Shown: positions 56,572-64,000 of the stretch, one piece after another | Layout: the number at the start of each line of letters is the position of its first letter | Position numbering within the stretch: position 1 is the first letter of the stretch | Assembly: GCA_024236195.1 (NCBI GenBank) | Contig: JACKKZ010000002.1 | Coordinates: 10,805-74,804 of the forward strand | Source of the DNA: Sphingomonadaceae bacterium | Lineage (GTDB): Bacteria; Pseudomonadota; Alphaproteobacteria; Sphingomonadales; Sphingomonadaceae | Direction of reading: 5' to 3' | Length of the DNA stretch: 64,000 nucleotides | Notes under the pieces: model-generated | Databases searched by the model: none | What the model was told of the DNA's origin: nothing | What the model saw: only the letters and a program-made list of their open reading frames with translations | Translations under genes and position numbers: made by a program

Positions 56572-56865
56572 GGGCAAGTCTCCTGAGTGATGGGAGTCGG
56601 TTCCGCAGGGGAGTGTCTCACTCACGGCGGCGTGACGCAAGCGGGCTTGTTTTTGATTTCATTTGCGACTAGTGGCGCCATTTCCTGCCCCGGCCAATCC
56701 TCTGCAAGGATGGTCCGGGGGCGAACTGCGCGAGAAGGAGGCAGATCATGTTTGCATTGCTGATACCTCCAGGCACGCAGCCCCGCGTGAAAGCACGCGC
56801 ACTCGCCTGATCCGTCCCTCGCGTGAGGGGCGGCTTCGTGCAGCCCCCGCTGGAGGGACAATCCC

Positions 56866-57255
56866 ATGTATTTACGTTTCACGGTGCCCGGCACCGTCAC
56901 GCGTGCGCGCGTGGCGCCGGGGCCGTTCCGCATCGCCTCTGACACCTATTGGGAAGGCGATTACGACAATCACCCGGTGCTGATCGCAATCCGTCGCGAG
57001 CTGGACTGGTTCAATGAATGGCTGCCCGTCCCGCGCCGCTTCGGCGTGGTGGCGAAGGGCCGCGTCTGGAGCGACGGCGTCTGCTGGTTCCGCGAAGATG
57101 CGCATGACGCGATCGAGCATGCCTCGATCATGGTGGCGCTGCTGCGGGAATGCGGTGTGCCGATCGAACGGAACTGGACCCGCGACCCGGGCCAGATCCT
57201 CTATCGCGACCGCTGGCAAGTGGTCGCCAAGCCGGAGCGAGCGATGCTCCATTGA
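56866..57255 (+). CDS. hypothetical protein
   Basis: 129-aa ORF with host-like codon usage. No family recognised. Confidence 0.5.
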   Translation: MYLRFTVPGTVTRARVAPGPFRIASDTYWEGDYDNHPVLIAIRRELDWFNEWLPVPRRFGVVAKGRVWSDGVCWFREDAHDAIEHASIMVALLRECGVPIERNWTRDPGQILYRDRWQVVAKPERAMLH

Positions 57256-57318
57256 ACCTTGTGCCCGCCCCTTCGCCCATGCGCCGGAGGGGCGGGTGCT
57301 CACCCACAGGAGGTTACC

Positions 57319-57560
57319 ATGACCAAGGAGTACGACGACGCACCCTGCTTTCGAGCGGACCAGCAAACGCCGCAAGGGCTTCCCCAGCGAGACCCGCGTG
57401 AAGCGCAGCCTGCGCAGCGTCAGGGGCGGTAAAGTAGAACTGCTCGATAAGCTCGGCCGCAAGGGTCCCTGCCCCTGCGGCTCCGGACGCCGGTTTCAGC
57501 AAATGCTGCCTGCAGAGCGGGAAGTATGACGGGGCGGAACGGCGGGATTATTGGCGGTAG
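57319..57560 (+). pseudogene. SEC-C metal-binding motif protein, apparently with two +1 frameshifts
   Basis: An AGGAGG SD precedes the ATG at 57319. The body, in the next frame, reads [57 protein letters not shown]. The expected [18 protein letters not shown]-stop follows in the third frame, after an extra A in the CAAA at 57500-57503. Confidence 0.5.
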
Positions 57561-58025
57561 GGGGGCGTAAGCGGCGAAGCGGATTGCTTCGCCGTGTGGC
57601 GGGTGGAAGAGCGGGTTCGCGCTTAATTAGCGAAGCAGCCGGACGGACAGGAGCGCGGACAAAGGTTCTGCTCGAATCACGGATTGGCGCCGTGGGGGAT
57701 CCGGACTGGCGTTTTATACTGCAAACGCATTTGCTGTATTCGCGGGTGTTGTTGGAGGGGGTAGAGGGCTAGCAGCACTCTTGGTGTGCGCTACCAAAAT
57801 GGTACTCTTTCACAGATGCTCTATACCGGAAGCATGATACCCCCAATCTACACAAAGCAAGAATCTAGTTACAGGTGAGGTCACCTGCACTTCGGCGACC
57901 GCGACGGACGTGGTTGGAGAGATTTTTGGCTGAAAGTGTGCTCAAAGATGAGACGCGTTTTTGCCCCCCGTTTCTGCAAACCCCCGTTGTACGCAATTAG
58001 GCATCGGTTCATGCCTCAAAAACAA

Positions 58026-58139
58026 TCACGAATCACACAAAAAGTGACCACTCATTTGGGGGTGTATCCCCTTGAATTCATCGATTTCGGCGATGAGTCT
58101 GACAAGGTCAGAGCCAATCAAGATGGTCGGCTCTTTCAT
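58026..58139 (-). pseudogene. N-terminal remnant of a Fic-family gene
   Basis: The minus strand reads MKEPTILIGSDLVRLIAEIDEFKG, then nonsense and a stop. The L(I/L)xEIDEFKG motif is typical of the N-terminal helix of many Fic proteins. There is no Fic core downstream. Confidence 0.3.
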
Positions 58140-58313
58140 CTTTGTGATGTTCCGATATCCAATTCCATACCCAATAATACCCGATTAGACCCGATCTCGC
58201 ACGGGCTTTCTTGGAGGCAGTCAGGGCAGGTGAAAACCGGGTCCTGCTTCTTGGGTAGCGCGTGACGCGCTGCAATTCTACAAGCTGTTCTTCACGGGAA
58301 TGGGTCTTGAAGA

Positions 58314-58556
58314 TCAGCCGGAGCGAGCGGACGACACGGCTTCATCGATCAGTGCGTCCAGATCGGTGGCACCAATATCGACAAATGCTGTCCGGGCTTC
58401 TTCAATGGTCAGATCGAACAGGCGCCATTTGACGGCCTCCTCGATAGATTTCGACAGATCGCCTTTTTTCATGCCGCGCTGAGCCAGATATGTGCGCAGG
58501 TCGATGTCGGTCTTGCTATCGACATTGACGGTCCAGCGTGTGACTTCATCACCCAT
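58314..58556 (-). CDS. ribbon-helix-helix (antitoxin-like) protein, no intact partner
   Basis: The 80-aa sequence MGDEVTRWTVNVDSKTDIDLRTYLAQRGMKKGDLSKSIEEAVKWRLF has the beta-strand then helix-helix pattern of CopG/Arc-type RHH proteins. It lies in a low-GC islet. Confidence 0.55.
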   Translation of the reverse strand: MGDEVTRWTVNVDSKTDIDLRTYLAQRGMKKGDLSKSIEEAVKWRLFDLTIEEARTAFVDIGATDLDALIDEAVSSARSG

Positions 58557-58745
58557 GGTAATATCCTTGCGACATGACAGGCGTCCATCATGATAAGCGC
58601 TTATATGCAATTTGCGTTGGACTGAGCAAGGAAGGCCGGAGATGTTCGTAGCGAGGCGGCGTCGGAGTGATCGCTTGAGTAGCGATGCACTATTCCTCGC
58701 TAATTTAACATAAGAAATATTATCAATTCGGGCGATTGTAAGGCG

Positions 58746-59822
58746 GTGGATTCTATCTGGAAGTGCGAATTTCGAGGATTTGCGGGGCTATGCCGCCCCA
58801 CTCGAAAGGATGTGCAATGCCCAGCAACTTACCGTCATTTCAGCCTCGCGGAACGCGATCGGATCATGTTGCTGCGCGAAGCGCGCGTGTCGGTAAACCG
58901 AATTGCAGCTGAGCTTGGACGGCATCCGTCGTCGATCTATCGCGAACTGAAGCGCAACTTCTTTTATGACGAGGACGCCTGGTACCGCGGGTACTTTGGT
59001 CGAATTGCGCATGACAAGGCTGCCAGTCGGCGCCAGCGCGGCGGCAAGGTGGTGCGGGATGGAGCCCTGACATCGCATATTGTTGACCGGCTGGAACTAA
59101 GTTGGTCTCCGGAATAGATCTCGGGTCATCTTCGGCTACATTCTGGCACGGGGAAGACGGTGTGCCATGAGACGATTTACCAGTTCGTCTATGGTCTGCA
59201 GGGGCGTCAGCGAGGTCTCTGACGGCATTTGCCGCGGCAGCGCAAGTCTCGCCGTCGTCGCTATTCGCGCAGGCCCCGAGGTCTGAACATCCCCACCGAA
59301 AACACCATCGCGCAGCGACCAGCGGTCATCGCCGAGCGATGCCAGTTTGGCCATTGGGAAGGCGATCTTATTGCGTTCAAACAGGAATTTGGCAAAGCGA
59401 ACGTGACTACGCTGGTTGAGCGTCGTAGCCGGTATGTCGCGCTTGCGCGCAACCCAAGTCGGCACCCAAAGGGGGTAATGGCAGGGATCGAACGCCAACT
59501 AGCTCCCCTTCCCTCAGGCCTACGCAGGAGCATCACATTTGATCGCGGCACGGAGTTTGCCGCCTTCCCTGTGCTTCACGAAGGACTCGGCATGACGAGC
59601 TACTTCTGCAAGCCATCAGCGCCATGGCAAAAGGGCAGCGTTGAAAACAGCAATGGTCGGATCCGCCGCTTTCTTCCCCTCGACACTGACATCAACCAGC
59701 TGTCAGACGCTGACCTCACCGCCCTCGCCTATCGGCTCAACCATACACCTCGCAAGTGCCTTGGATACCGGACACCTGCTGAAGTTCTGGGGGAGCAAAT
59801 TGCGGACCATGGGTATTCTTGA
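58746..59822 (+). pseudogene. IS30-family DDE transposase with two in-frame premature stops
   Basis: One reading frame carries TYRHFSLAERDRIMLL..IAAELGRHPSSIYRELKRN (HTH), SWSPE-TAG-ISGHL..., a TGA at 59220, then HWEGDL, TFDRGTEFA and PWQKGSVENSNGRIRRFLP (the DDE triad). The TAG is at 59115..59117. Confidence 0.8.
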
Positions 59823-59906
59823 ATTTTGTTGCCAAGGGTGGGGCTCGCCCCTCCCTTGGCAAGCTGCTAACCGTTCAACAGAAGTTCGCACTTCAAATGG
59901 AAATCG
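58749..59906 (+). mobile_element. IS30-family insertion sequence (boundaries approximate), transposase inactivated
   Basis: The imperfect terminal inverted repeats have the core GAAGTGCGAATTTC (58760..58773) against GAAGTTCGCACTTC (59881..59894). The length of ~1.15 kb and the single transposase frame are typical of IS30. Confidence 0.7.
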
Positions 59907-60043
59907 CAGGGATCCCACCTGTGCGCCGCCAACCATTGCCAGCGCTATCGCCCTGCTGCCCGACATCCGGAAATGGTCGATACCTCGACCAGCCATATCG
60001 GCTTTCGCTGCGTAATCCGAGGCTGAGCCAGACCAAAGGCCTG

Positions 60044-61024
60044 TCAGGCAAAGATTGCGTCCCTGATCCAGTCGATCGAGCAACGATCCGCCTCCAGTCG
60101 TGCTGCGCCGAGAATGCGATTCCAATATGTCTCCGCGCCATGCGCGAGCCGCCACTCATGCAGGCGGCGGGTGTAGAGTTGCAGGTCGAATTCCTCGCTG
60201 ATCCCGATGGCGCCATGCACCGCATGTGCGGTTGCCGCGATGCGCGGAGCAGCGGTGCTGGCGATGGACTTGGCGGTAGCGACTGCGGCAAGGTTGAGGG
60301 GCCAGCCACCGGCGCAGGCAAGTTGCGCCGCCATCCGCATGGCCACCACATCCTCGGCCATGACTGCCAGCTGCTGCTGCAGCGCCTGTTGCCGTCCGAT
60401 TGGCTTGCCGAACTGCACGCGTTCATTGGCATAGGCGGTGGTCATTTCAAGCAGGTGATCGGCTGCACCAGCCATCGAAATGGCCCGCAGCACTGCGGCG
60501 ATGGGAAGCAGGCCATTGTCCGGTCGTTCAATATGGCGACCGCCCCCGGAGCCGGTCAAAGTCAGCATCGCGTCGACACTCCCCCGAACCCCGGTGGTTA
60601 CCAGCCCGGCGGCATCTGCACTGACCAGTTCGCACACATCTCCAAAATCGACCAGCGCATGGGCACAGGTTTTGCCAAACGGAACCGGCATGCCCGCACC
60701 ATGCAGGGCAACGGCGAGCGTGATCGGGCCAGGAGGCAGGTCAAGACCAGCATTCGCCAGCATCGCGCGCGCCACCATTGTCTCACCCACTGGCAGGGGC
60801 ACGGCATGACGGCCCAGCGCGCGCAGCAGCGGTTGGATTTCCGCAAGTGTCAGGCCAAAGCCACCTGCGTTTTCGCTCACCAGCGCGTCGAGGAAGCCGG
60901 ATTGGGCTATTGGCTCCCACATGGAGTCAAAGCTGCCACCTTCTTCCACCTCCCTGATTGCCGCAGGTGTGCAGGCAGACCGGAGCATGCGGTCAAAATG
61001 TTCGAGCAGTTCGTTGTTTTCCAT
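60044..61024 (-). CDS. acyl-CoA dehydrogenase-family protein, short (beta-type) subunit
   Basis: 326 aa with the ACAD middle and C-terminal pattern (YANERVQFGKPIGRQQALQQQLA). It lies 11 bp downstream of a full-length ACAD, as in heteromeric ACAD pairs. Confidence 0.75.
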   Translation of the reverse strand: MENNELLEHFDRMLRSACTPAAIREVEEGGSFDSMWEPIAQSGFLDALVSENAGGFGLTLAEIQPLLRALGRHAVPLPVGETMVARAMLANAGLDLPPGPITLAVALHGAGMPVPFGKTCAHALVDFGDVCELVSADAAGLVTTGVRGSVDAMLTLTGSGGGRHIERPDNGLLPIAAVLRAISMAGAADHLLEMTTAYANERVQFGKPIGRQQALQQQLAVMAEDVVAMRMAAQLACAGGWPLNLAAVATAKSIASTAAPRIAATAHAVHGAIGISEEFDLQLYTRRLHEWRLAHGAETYWNRILGAARLEADRCSIDWIRDAIFA

Positions 61025-61035
61025 GGCGCAGCTCC

Positions 61036-62187
61036 TCAGCGGAGGCCCAGCCCGCGGGCGATGATGCCGCGCAGGATTTCCCGAGTTCCGCCGCGCAGGG
61101 AGAAACTGGGGGCAATTTGAGCCACGAAGGCCAGCGCCCGATAAAGCTCCGCCGCAATCGCTTCTCCGGGATGGCTGGCAAGATCATCGCCGATCGCATT
61201 GGGCAACTCCTGCTCGAAGCTGGTGCCCAGATCCTTGGTGATCGACGCTTCGACCACCGGGCTTTCACCAGCTGCAAGCCGCGCAGTACAGGCAATCGAC
61301 ATGGCGCGCAGCGTAGCCAGCCGCGCGGTGAAATCGCCGACAAGTGCCCTTGTCGCATCGTCGATCCGCCCATGTTTGCGGAGATGCGCGATCCAGCCAT
61401 CGAGCAATACGACGCTGGAATAGATCCGTTCCGGCCCGCTCCGCTCAAAGGCGAGTTCGGCTGTCACCTGCTTCCACCCTTCCCCCTCGGTCCCGATCAG
61501 CGCATCGGGGGGGAGATCCACATCCTCCAGAAAAACCTCGGAAAAATACGCGTCTCCGGCAAGATCCGTAATCGGGCGGATTGTTATGCCCGGCACTTTG
61601 AGGTCAATGATCAGCTGCGACAGGCCCTTGTGCCGGTCTTGCGGGTTACCCGAAGTGCGCAGCAGCGCGATCATGTAGTCCGAATGAAGCGAATTGGTGG
61701 TCCAGATCTTCTGCCCATTTACCCGCCAGCCGCTTTCGGTCCGCTCCGCACGGGTGCGCACGCTGGCAAGGTCCGAACCGGAACCCGGCTCGCTCATCCC
61801 GATGCAGAACAGCGCTTCACCCTTGCATATGCGGGGGAGATAGAACTGGCGCTGTTCTTCTGTGCCGAAATTGAGGATGAGTGGCGCGCTTTGGCGATCA
61901 GCGATCCAGTGTGCGGCCGGCGGCGCACCGGCATTGAGCAGCTCTTCCACCACCACGAACCGCGCGAAGGGGCCACGTCCGCCGCCGCCATATTCCTTCG
62001 GCAAGGTCAGGCCGAGCAGCCCCTCCTGCCCCAGCTTGCGGCTGAAAGCAGCATCGAACCCGCTCCATGAGCGCGCCCGCGCATCCATCGGCATCTGCGC
62101 AACCGCATCCTGTGCAAGCTGGCGCACCAGTGGACGCAGGGCTTCATCTTCTTCAGGCAAACGGGCAAGGGTGAGAGTGTCGAACAA
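61036..62187 (-). CDS. acyl-CoA dehydrogenase
   Basis: 383 aa with FCIGMSEPGSGSD, WTTNS and the C-terminal GGTREILRGIIAR motif. Confidence 0.9.
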   Translation of the reverse strand: MFDTLTLARLPEEDEALRPLVRQLAQDAVAQMPMDARARSWSGFDAAFSRKLGQEGLLGLTLPKEYGGGGRGPFARFVVVEELLNAGAPPAAHWIADRQSAPLILNFGTEEQRQFYLPRICKGEALFCIGMSEPGSGSDLASVRTRAERTESGWRVNGQKIWTTNSLHSDYMIALLRTSGNPQDRHKGLSQLIIDLKVPGITIRPITDLAGDAYFSEVFLEDVDLPPDALIGTEGEGWKQVTAELAFERSGPERIYSSVVLLDGWIAHLRKHGRIDDATRALVGDFTARLATLRAMSIACTARLAAGESPVVEASITKDLGTSFEQELPNAIGDDLASHPGEAIAAELYRALAFVAQIAPSFSLRGGTREILRGIIARGLGLR

Positions 62188-62271
62188 ATGATGCGTCCTG
62201 TGGCAGGTGGAGGAAGCATCCCTGCCCTTTCGCCCCCAAGGTTCAAATATTTAATTGACCCGCTCTGATAG

Positions 62272-63150
62272 TCATTCGATATCACTAGCTTCGAGCGCAA
62301 CATTCACGAAGTTCCTCGCCACCGGCCCTGCATCCTGCCTTGTGGCAATGCCCATTTCGATCTCGACCGGCTCGCGCAGGGGGCGAAGGGCGACGCTTTC
62401 CGGCGCAAAGCGCGCCATGCGGGCCGGGACCAGCGAGACGCCCAGCCCCGCCTGAACGAGGCTGAGCACGGTCTGCACCTGCGTGACCTCTTGCGCGATA
62501 TTGGGGCTGAACCCCGCGTGCTGGCAGGCGAGCAGGATGATCGAATGGAACACGCTCACCGGCCCGTGGATCACGAATGGCTGCGCAGCAAGGTCGGCGA
62601 GCGCAAGAACCTTGCGCCTTGCGAGCGGATTTCCCGCCGGGATCGCCGCAACCATGCGGTCCCGCTCGATCACGCTGATCTCGCCCTCAAAACGCTTCAT
62701 CACCGGGAGACGCACCAGCCCGACATCCAGCTCATGCTGCTCCAGCGCGGTGGCGATGCCGATGCTGGTCATTTCCTCCAGCACCAGTTCCACACCGGGA
62801 TAGCGGGTGCGGAAAGCCGGGATGATGCTGGGTAGCAACTGGCTGACTGCCGAGCCGACAAAACCGATCACCAGCCGCCCCGTTTCCCCCTTCACCCCCA
62901 ACCGCACAGACTCGTGCACCAGCTCTGCCTGCGCAAGGGTTTCACGCGCTGGCCCCAGCGCTGCTTCCCCGGCTGCAGTCAGCCGTACCCCGCGGCTGCC
63001 ACGCTCAAACAGTTGCGCGCCCAGGTCTTCCTCCAGCTTGCGGATCGCCACGGTCAATGGCGGCTGCGAGATGTTCAGTCGTTCTGCCGCGCGATGAAAA
63101 TTGAGCGCCTCGGCGAGCGCGGAAAAATAGCGAAGCTGGCGCAGGTCCAT
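62272..63150 (-). CDS. LysR-family transcriptional regulator
   Basis: MDLRQLRYFSALAEALNFHRAAERLNISQPPLTVAIRKLEEDLG. It is divergent from the enoyl-CoA hydratase gene. Confidence 0.9.
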   Translation of the reverse strand: MDLRQLRYFSALAEALNFHRAAERLNISQPPLTVAIRKLEEDLGAQLFERGSRGVRLTAAGEAALGPARETLAQAELVHESVRLGVKGETGRLVIGFVGSAVSQLLPSIIPAFRTRYPGVELVLEEMTSIGIATALEQHELDVGLVRLPVMKRFEGEISVIERDRMVAAIPAGNPLARRKVLALADLAAQPFVIHGPVSVFHSIILLACQHAGFSPNIAQEVTQVQTVLSLVQAGLGVSLVPARMARFAPESVALRPLREPVEIEMGIATRQDAGPVARNFVNVALEASDIE

Positions 63151-63249
63151 GATACACAATGCCTATCGAATGAAGTCGATTTAATATTAGCAACACCTGC
63201 GTTTCGGGCATAGCCCGCTATTGTTCGCGCAACACGGCAGAAAGAGGAA

Positions 63250-64000
63250 ATGCAGTCCATGGAACCCTTCCTGAAGGTCGAACGTCACGGCCCGGTGGTG
63301 GTGGCGAAACTCAACCGCCCGGAGCAGCGCAACGCGATCTCCGAAACCGCGCATAGCGAAGAAATCCGCGACTTCTGCGGCGAACTGACCCGCGATACCA
63401 GCGTGCGCGCGCTGGTGCTGACCGGCGAAGGCAAGGCTTTCTGCGCGGGCGGCAATGTGAAGGACATGGGCAACAAGGCGGGCATGTTTGCCGGCGCCCC
63501 CTACGCGCTGCGCAATGCCTATCGCACCGGTATCCAGCTGATCCCGACCGCGCTGTATGATCTTGAAGTGCCGGTCATCGCCGCGGTCAATGGCCCTGCC
63601 ATCGGCGCCGGGCTGGACCTTGCCTGCATGAGCGACATCCGCATCGCATCCGACAAGGCGCTGTTTGCCGAAAGCTTCGTCAAACTGGGCATCGTGCCCG
63701 GCGATGGCGGTGCCTGGCTGCTGCCACGCGTGGTCGGCATGGCGCGGGCCAGCCAGATGACGCTGACGGGCGAAATGATTGACGCGGCCAAGGCGCTTGA
63801 ATTCGGTTTGGTCAGCGAGGTGACAACATCCGAAGCCCTGATGGATCGTGCAATGGAACTGGCAGGCAGCATCGCCGCCAATCCGGGCCACGCCACCCGC
63901 ATGGCCAAGCGGTTGCTGCGCGAAGGACAGGATATGAAGCTCGCTCCGCTGCTTGAATTGTCCGCCGCTTATCAGGCGCTGGCGCATCATACAGAGGACC
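63250..64000 (+). CDS. enoyl-CoA hydratase/isomerase (crotonase) family protein, 3' end outside the window
   Basis: It is absent from the ORF track because no stop occurs before the window end. An AAGAGGA SD precedes the ATG at 63250. The translation is MQSMEPFLKVERHGPVVVAKLNRPEQRNAI...LVLTGEGKAFCAGGNVKDM...AVNGPAIGAGLDLACMSDIRIA. Confidence 0.85.
   Translation, partial: MQSMEPFLKVERHGPVVVAKLNRPEQRNAISETAHSEEIRDFCGELTRDTSVRALVLTGEGKAFCAGGNVKDMGNKAGMFAGAPYALRNAYRTGIQLIPTALYDLEVPVIAAVNGPAIGAGLDLACMSDIRIASDKALFAESFVKLGIVPGDGGAWLLPRVVGMARASQMTLTGEMIDAAKALEFGLVSEVTTSEALMDRAMELAGSIAANPGHATRMAKRLLREGQDMKLAPLLELSAAYQALAHHTED

Noticed and set aside
57561-57780. A G-rich start (GGGGGCG...) and local hairpins made me consider a tmRNA, tRNA-like or other structured RNA.
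   Set aside because: I could build no acceptor-stem/T-arm pairing (there is no GGTTCGAATCC-type T loop in register). There is also no tag-peptide reading frame ending in a typical ...LAA-stop. A covariance-model scan (Infernal/Rfam, ARAGORN) would settle it.
57936-58265. 109-aa plus-strand ORF in the low-GC islet.
   Set aside because: It has no SD and no recognisable fold pattern. It lies antisense to the Fic-like stub. It is most likely a chance ORF in decayed AT-richer DNA.
59819-62070. Plus-strand ORFs of 433 aa and 370 aa, opposite the two acyl-CoA dehydrogenase genes, together with the 267-aa minus-strand ORF at 63187..63990 opposite the crotonase gene.
   Set aside because: They are antisense to genes with clear ACAD and crotonase motifs. 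They are compositional artefacts.

Overview
High-GC (roughly 63-66%) chromosomal window with alphaproteobacterial, Sphingomonadales-like gene content. That placement is inferred from gene families only, because no database search was possible. Most of the window is ordinary core and accessory chromosome: rpmH-rnpA-yidD, comM, trmL, dcd, folD, argB, tRNA-Gly(GCC), a DEAD-box helicase, two TonB-dependent receptors, and several regulators and lipoproteins.

Seven regions stand out:
1. A divergently transcribed pair, 93 bp apart. One gene (5377..7335, minus) encodes a membrane-anchored TIR-domain protein. The other (7429..9387, plus) encodes a protein with an N-terminal LOG/SLOG-like nucleotide-binding module and two 2-TM SLATT-like hairpins. 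I read this as a candidate Thoeris-like TIR-signal / SLOG-sensor / membrane-effector system. It is the best candidate for an undescribed system in this window.
2. A low-GC islet of about 1.45 kb (39880..41337). It carries one orphan ORF with a clear PD-(D/E)xK nuclease motif and abuts a truncated GIY-YIG gene.
3. A minus-strand catabolic operon (21390..28826). It combines a split phenylphosphate-synthase-like kinase, a BCCP, a pyruvate/oxaloacetate-type carboxyltransferase and a HAD phosphatase. This resembles the acetovanillone / 4-hydroxyacetophenone (acv/hpe) logic, but no biotin carboxylase gene is present.
4. A five-gene inorganic-carbon / Na+ module: NhaA, a CaCA antiporter, a secreted alpha-carbonic anhydrase, an SbtA-like permease and an SbtB-like PII protein.
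5. A putA gene broken by four 1-nt indels with net shift zero.
6. A decayed mobile islet holding an orphan RHH gene, a Fic N-terminal remnant, and an IS30-family element with two in-frame stops.
7. At least two families of GC-rich, MITE-like palindromic repeats.

No CRISPR array, rRNA gene or prophage was seen. Start codons are my best choice from SD spacing and N-terminal conservation and may be off. All family assignments rest on motifs recognised by eye.
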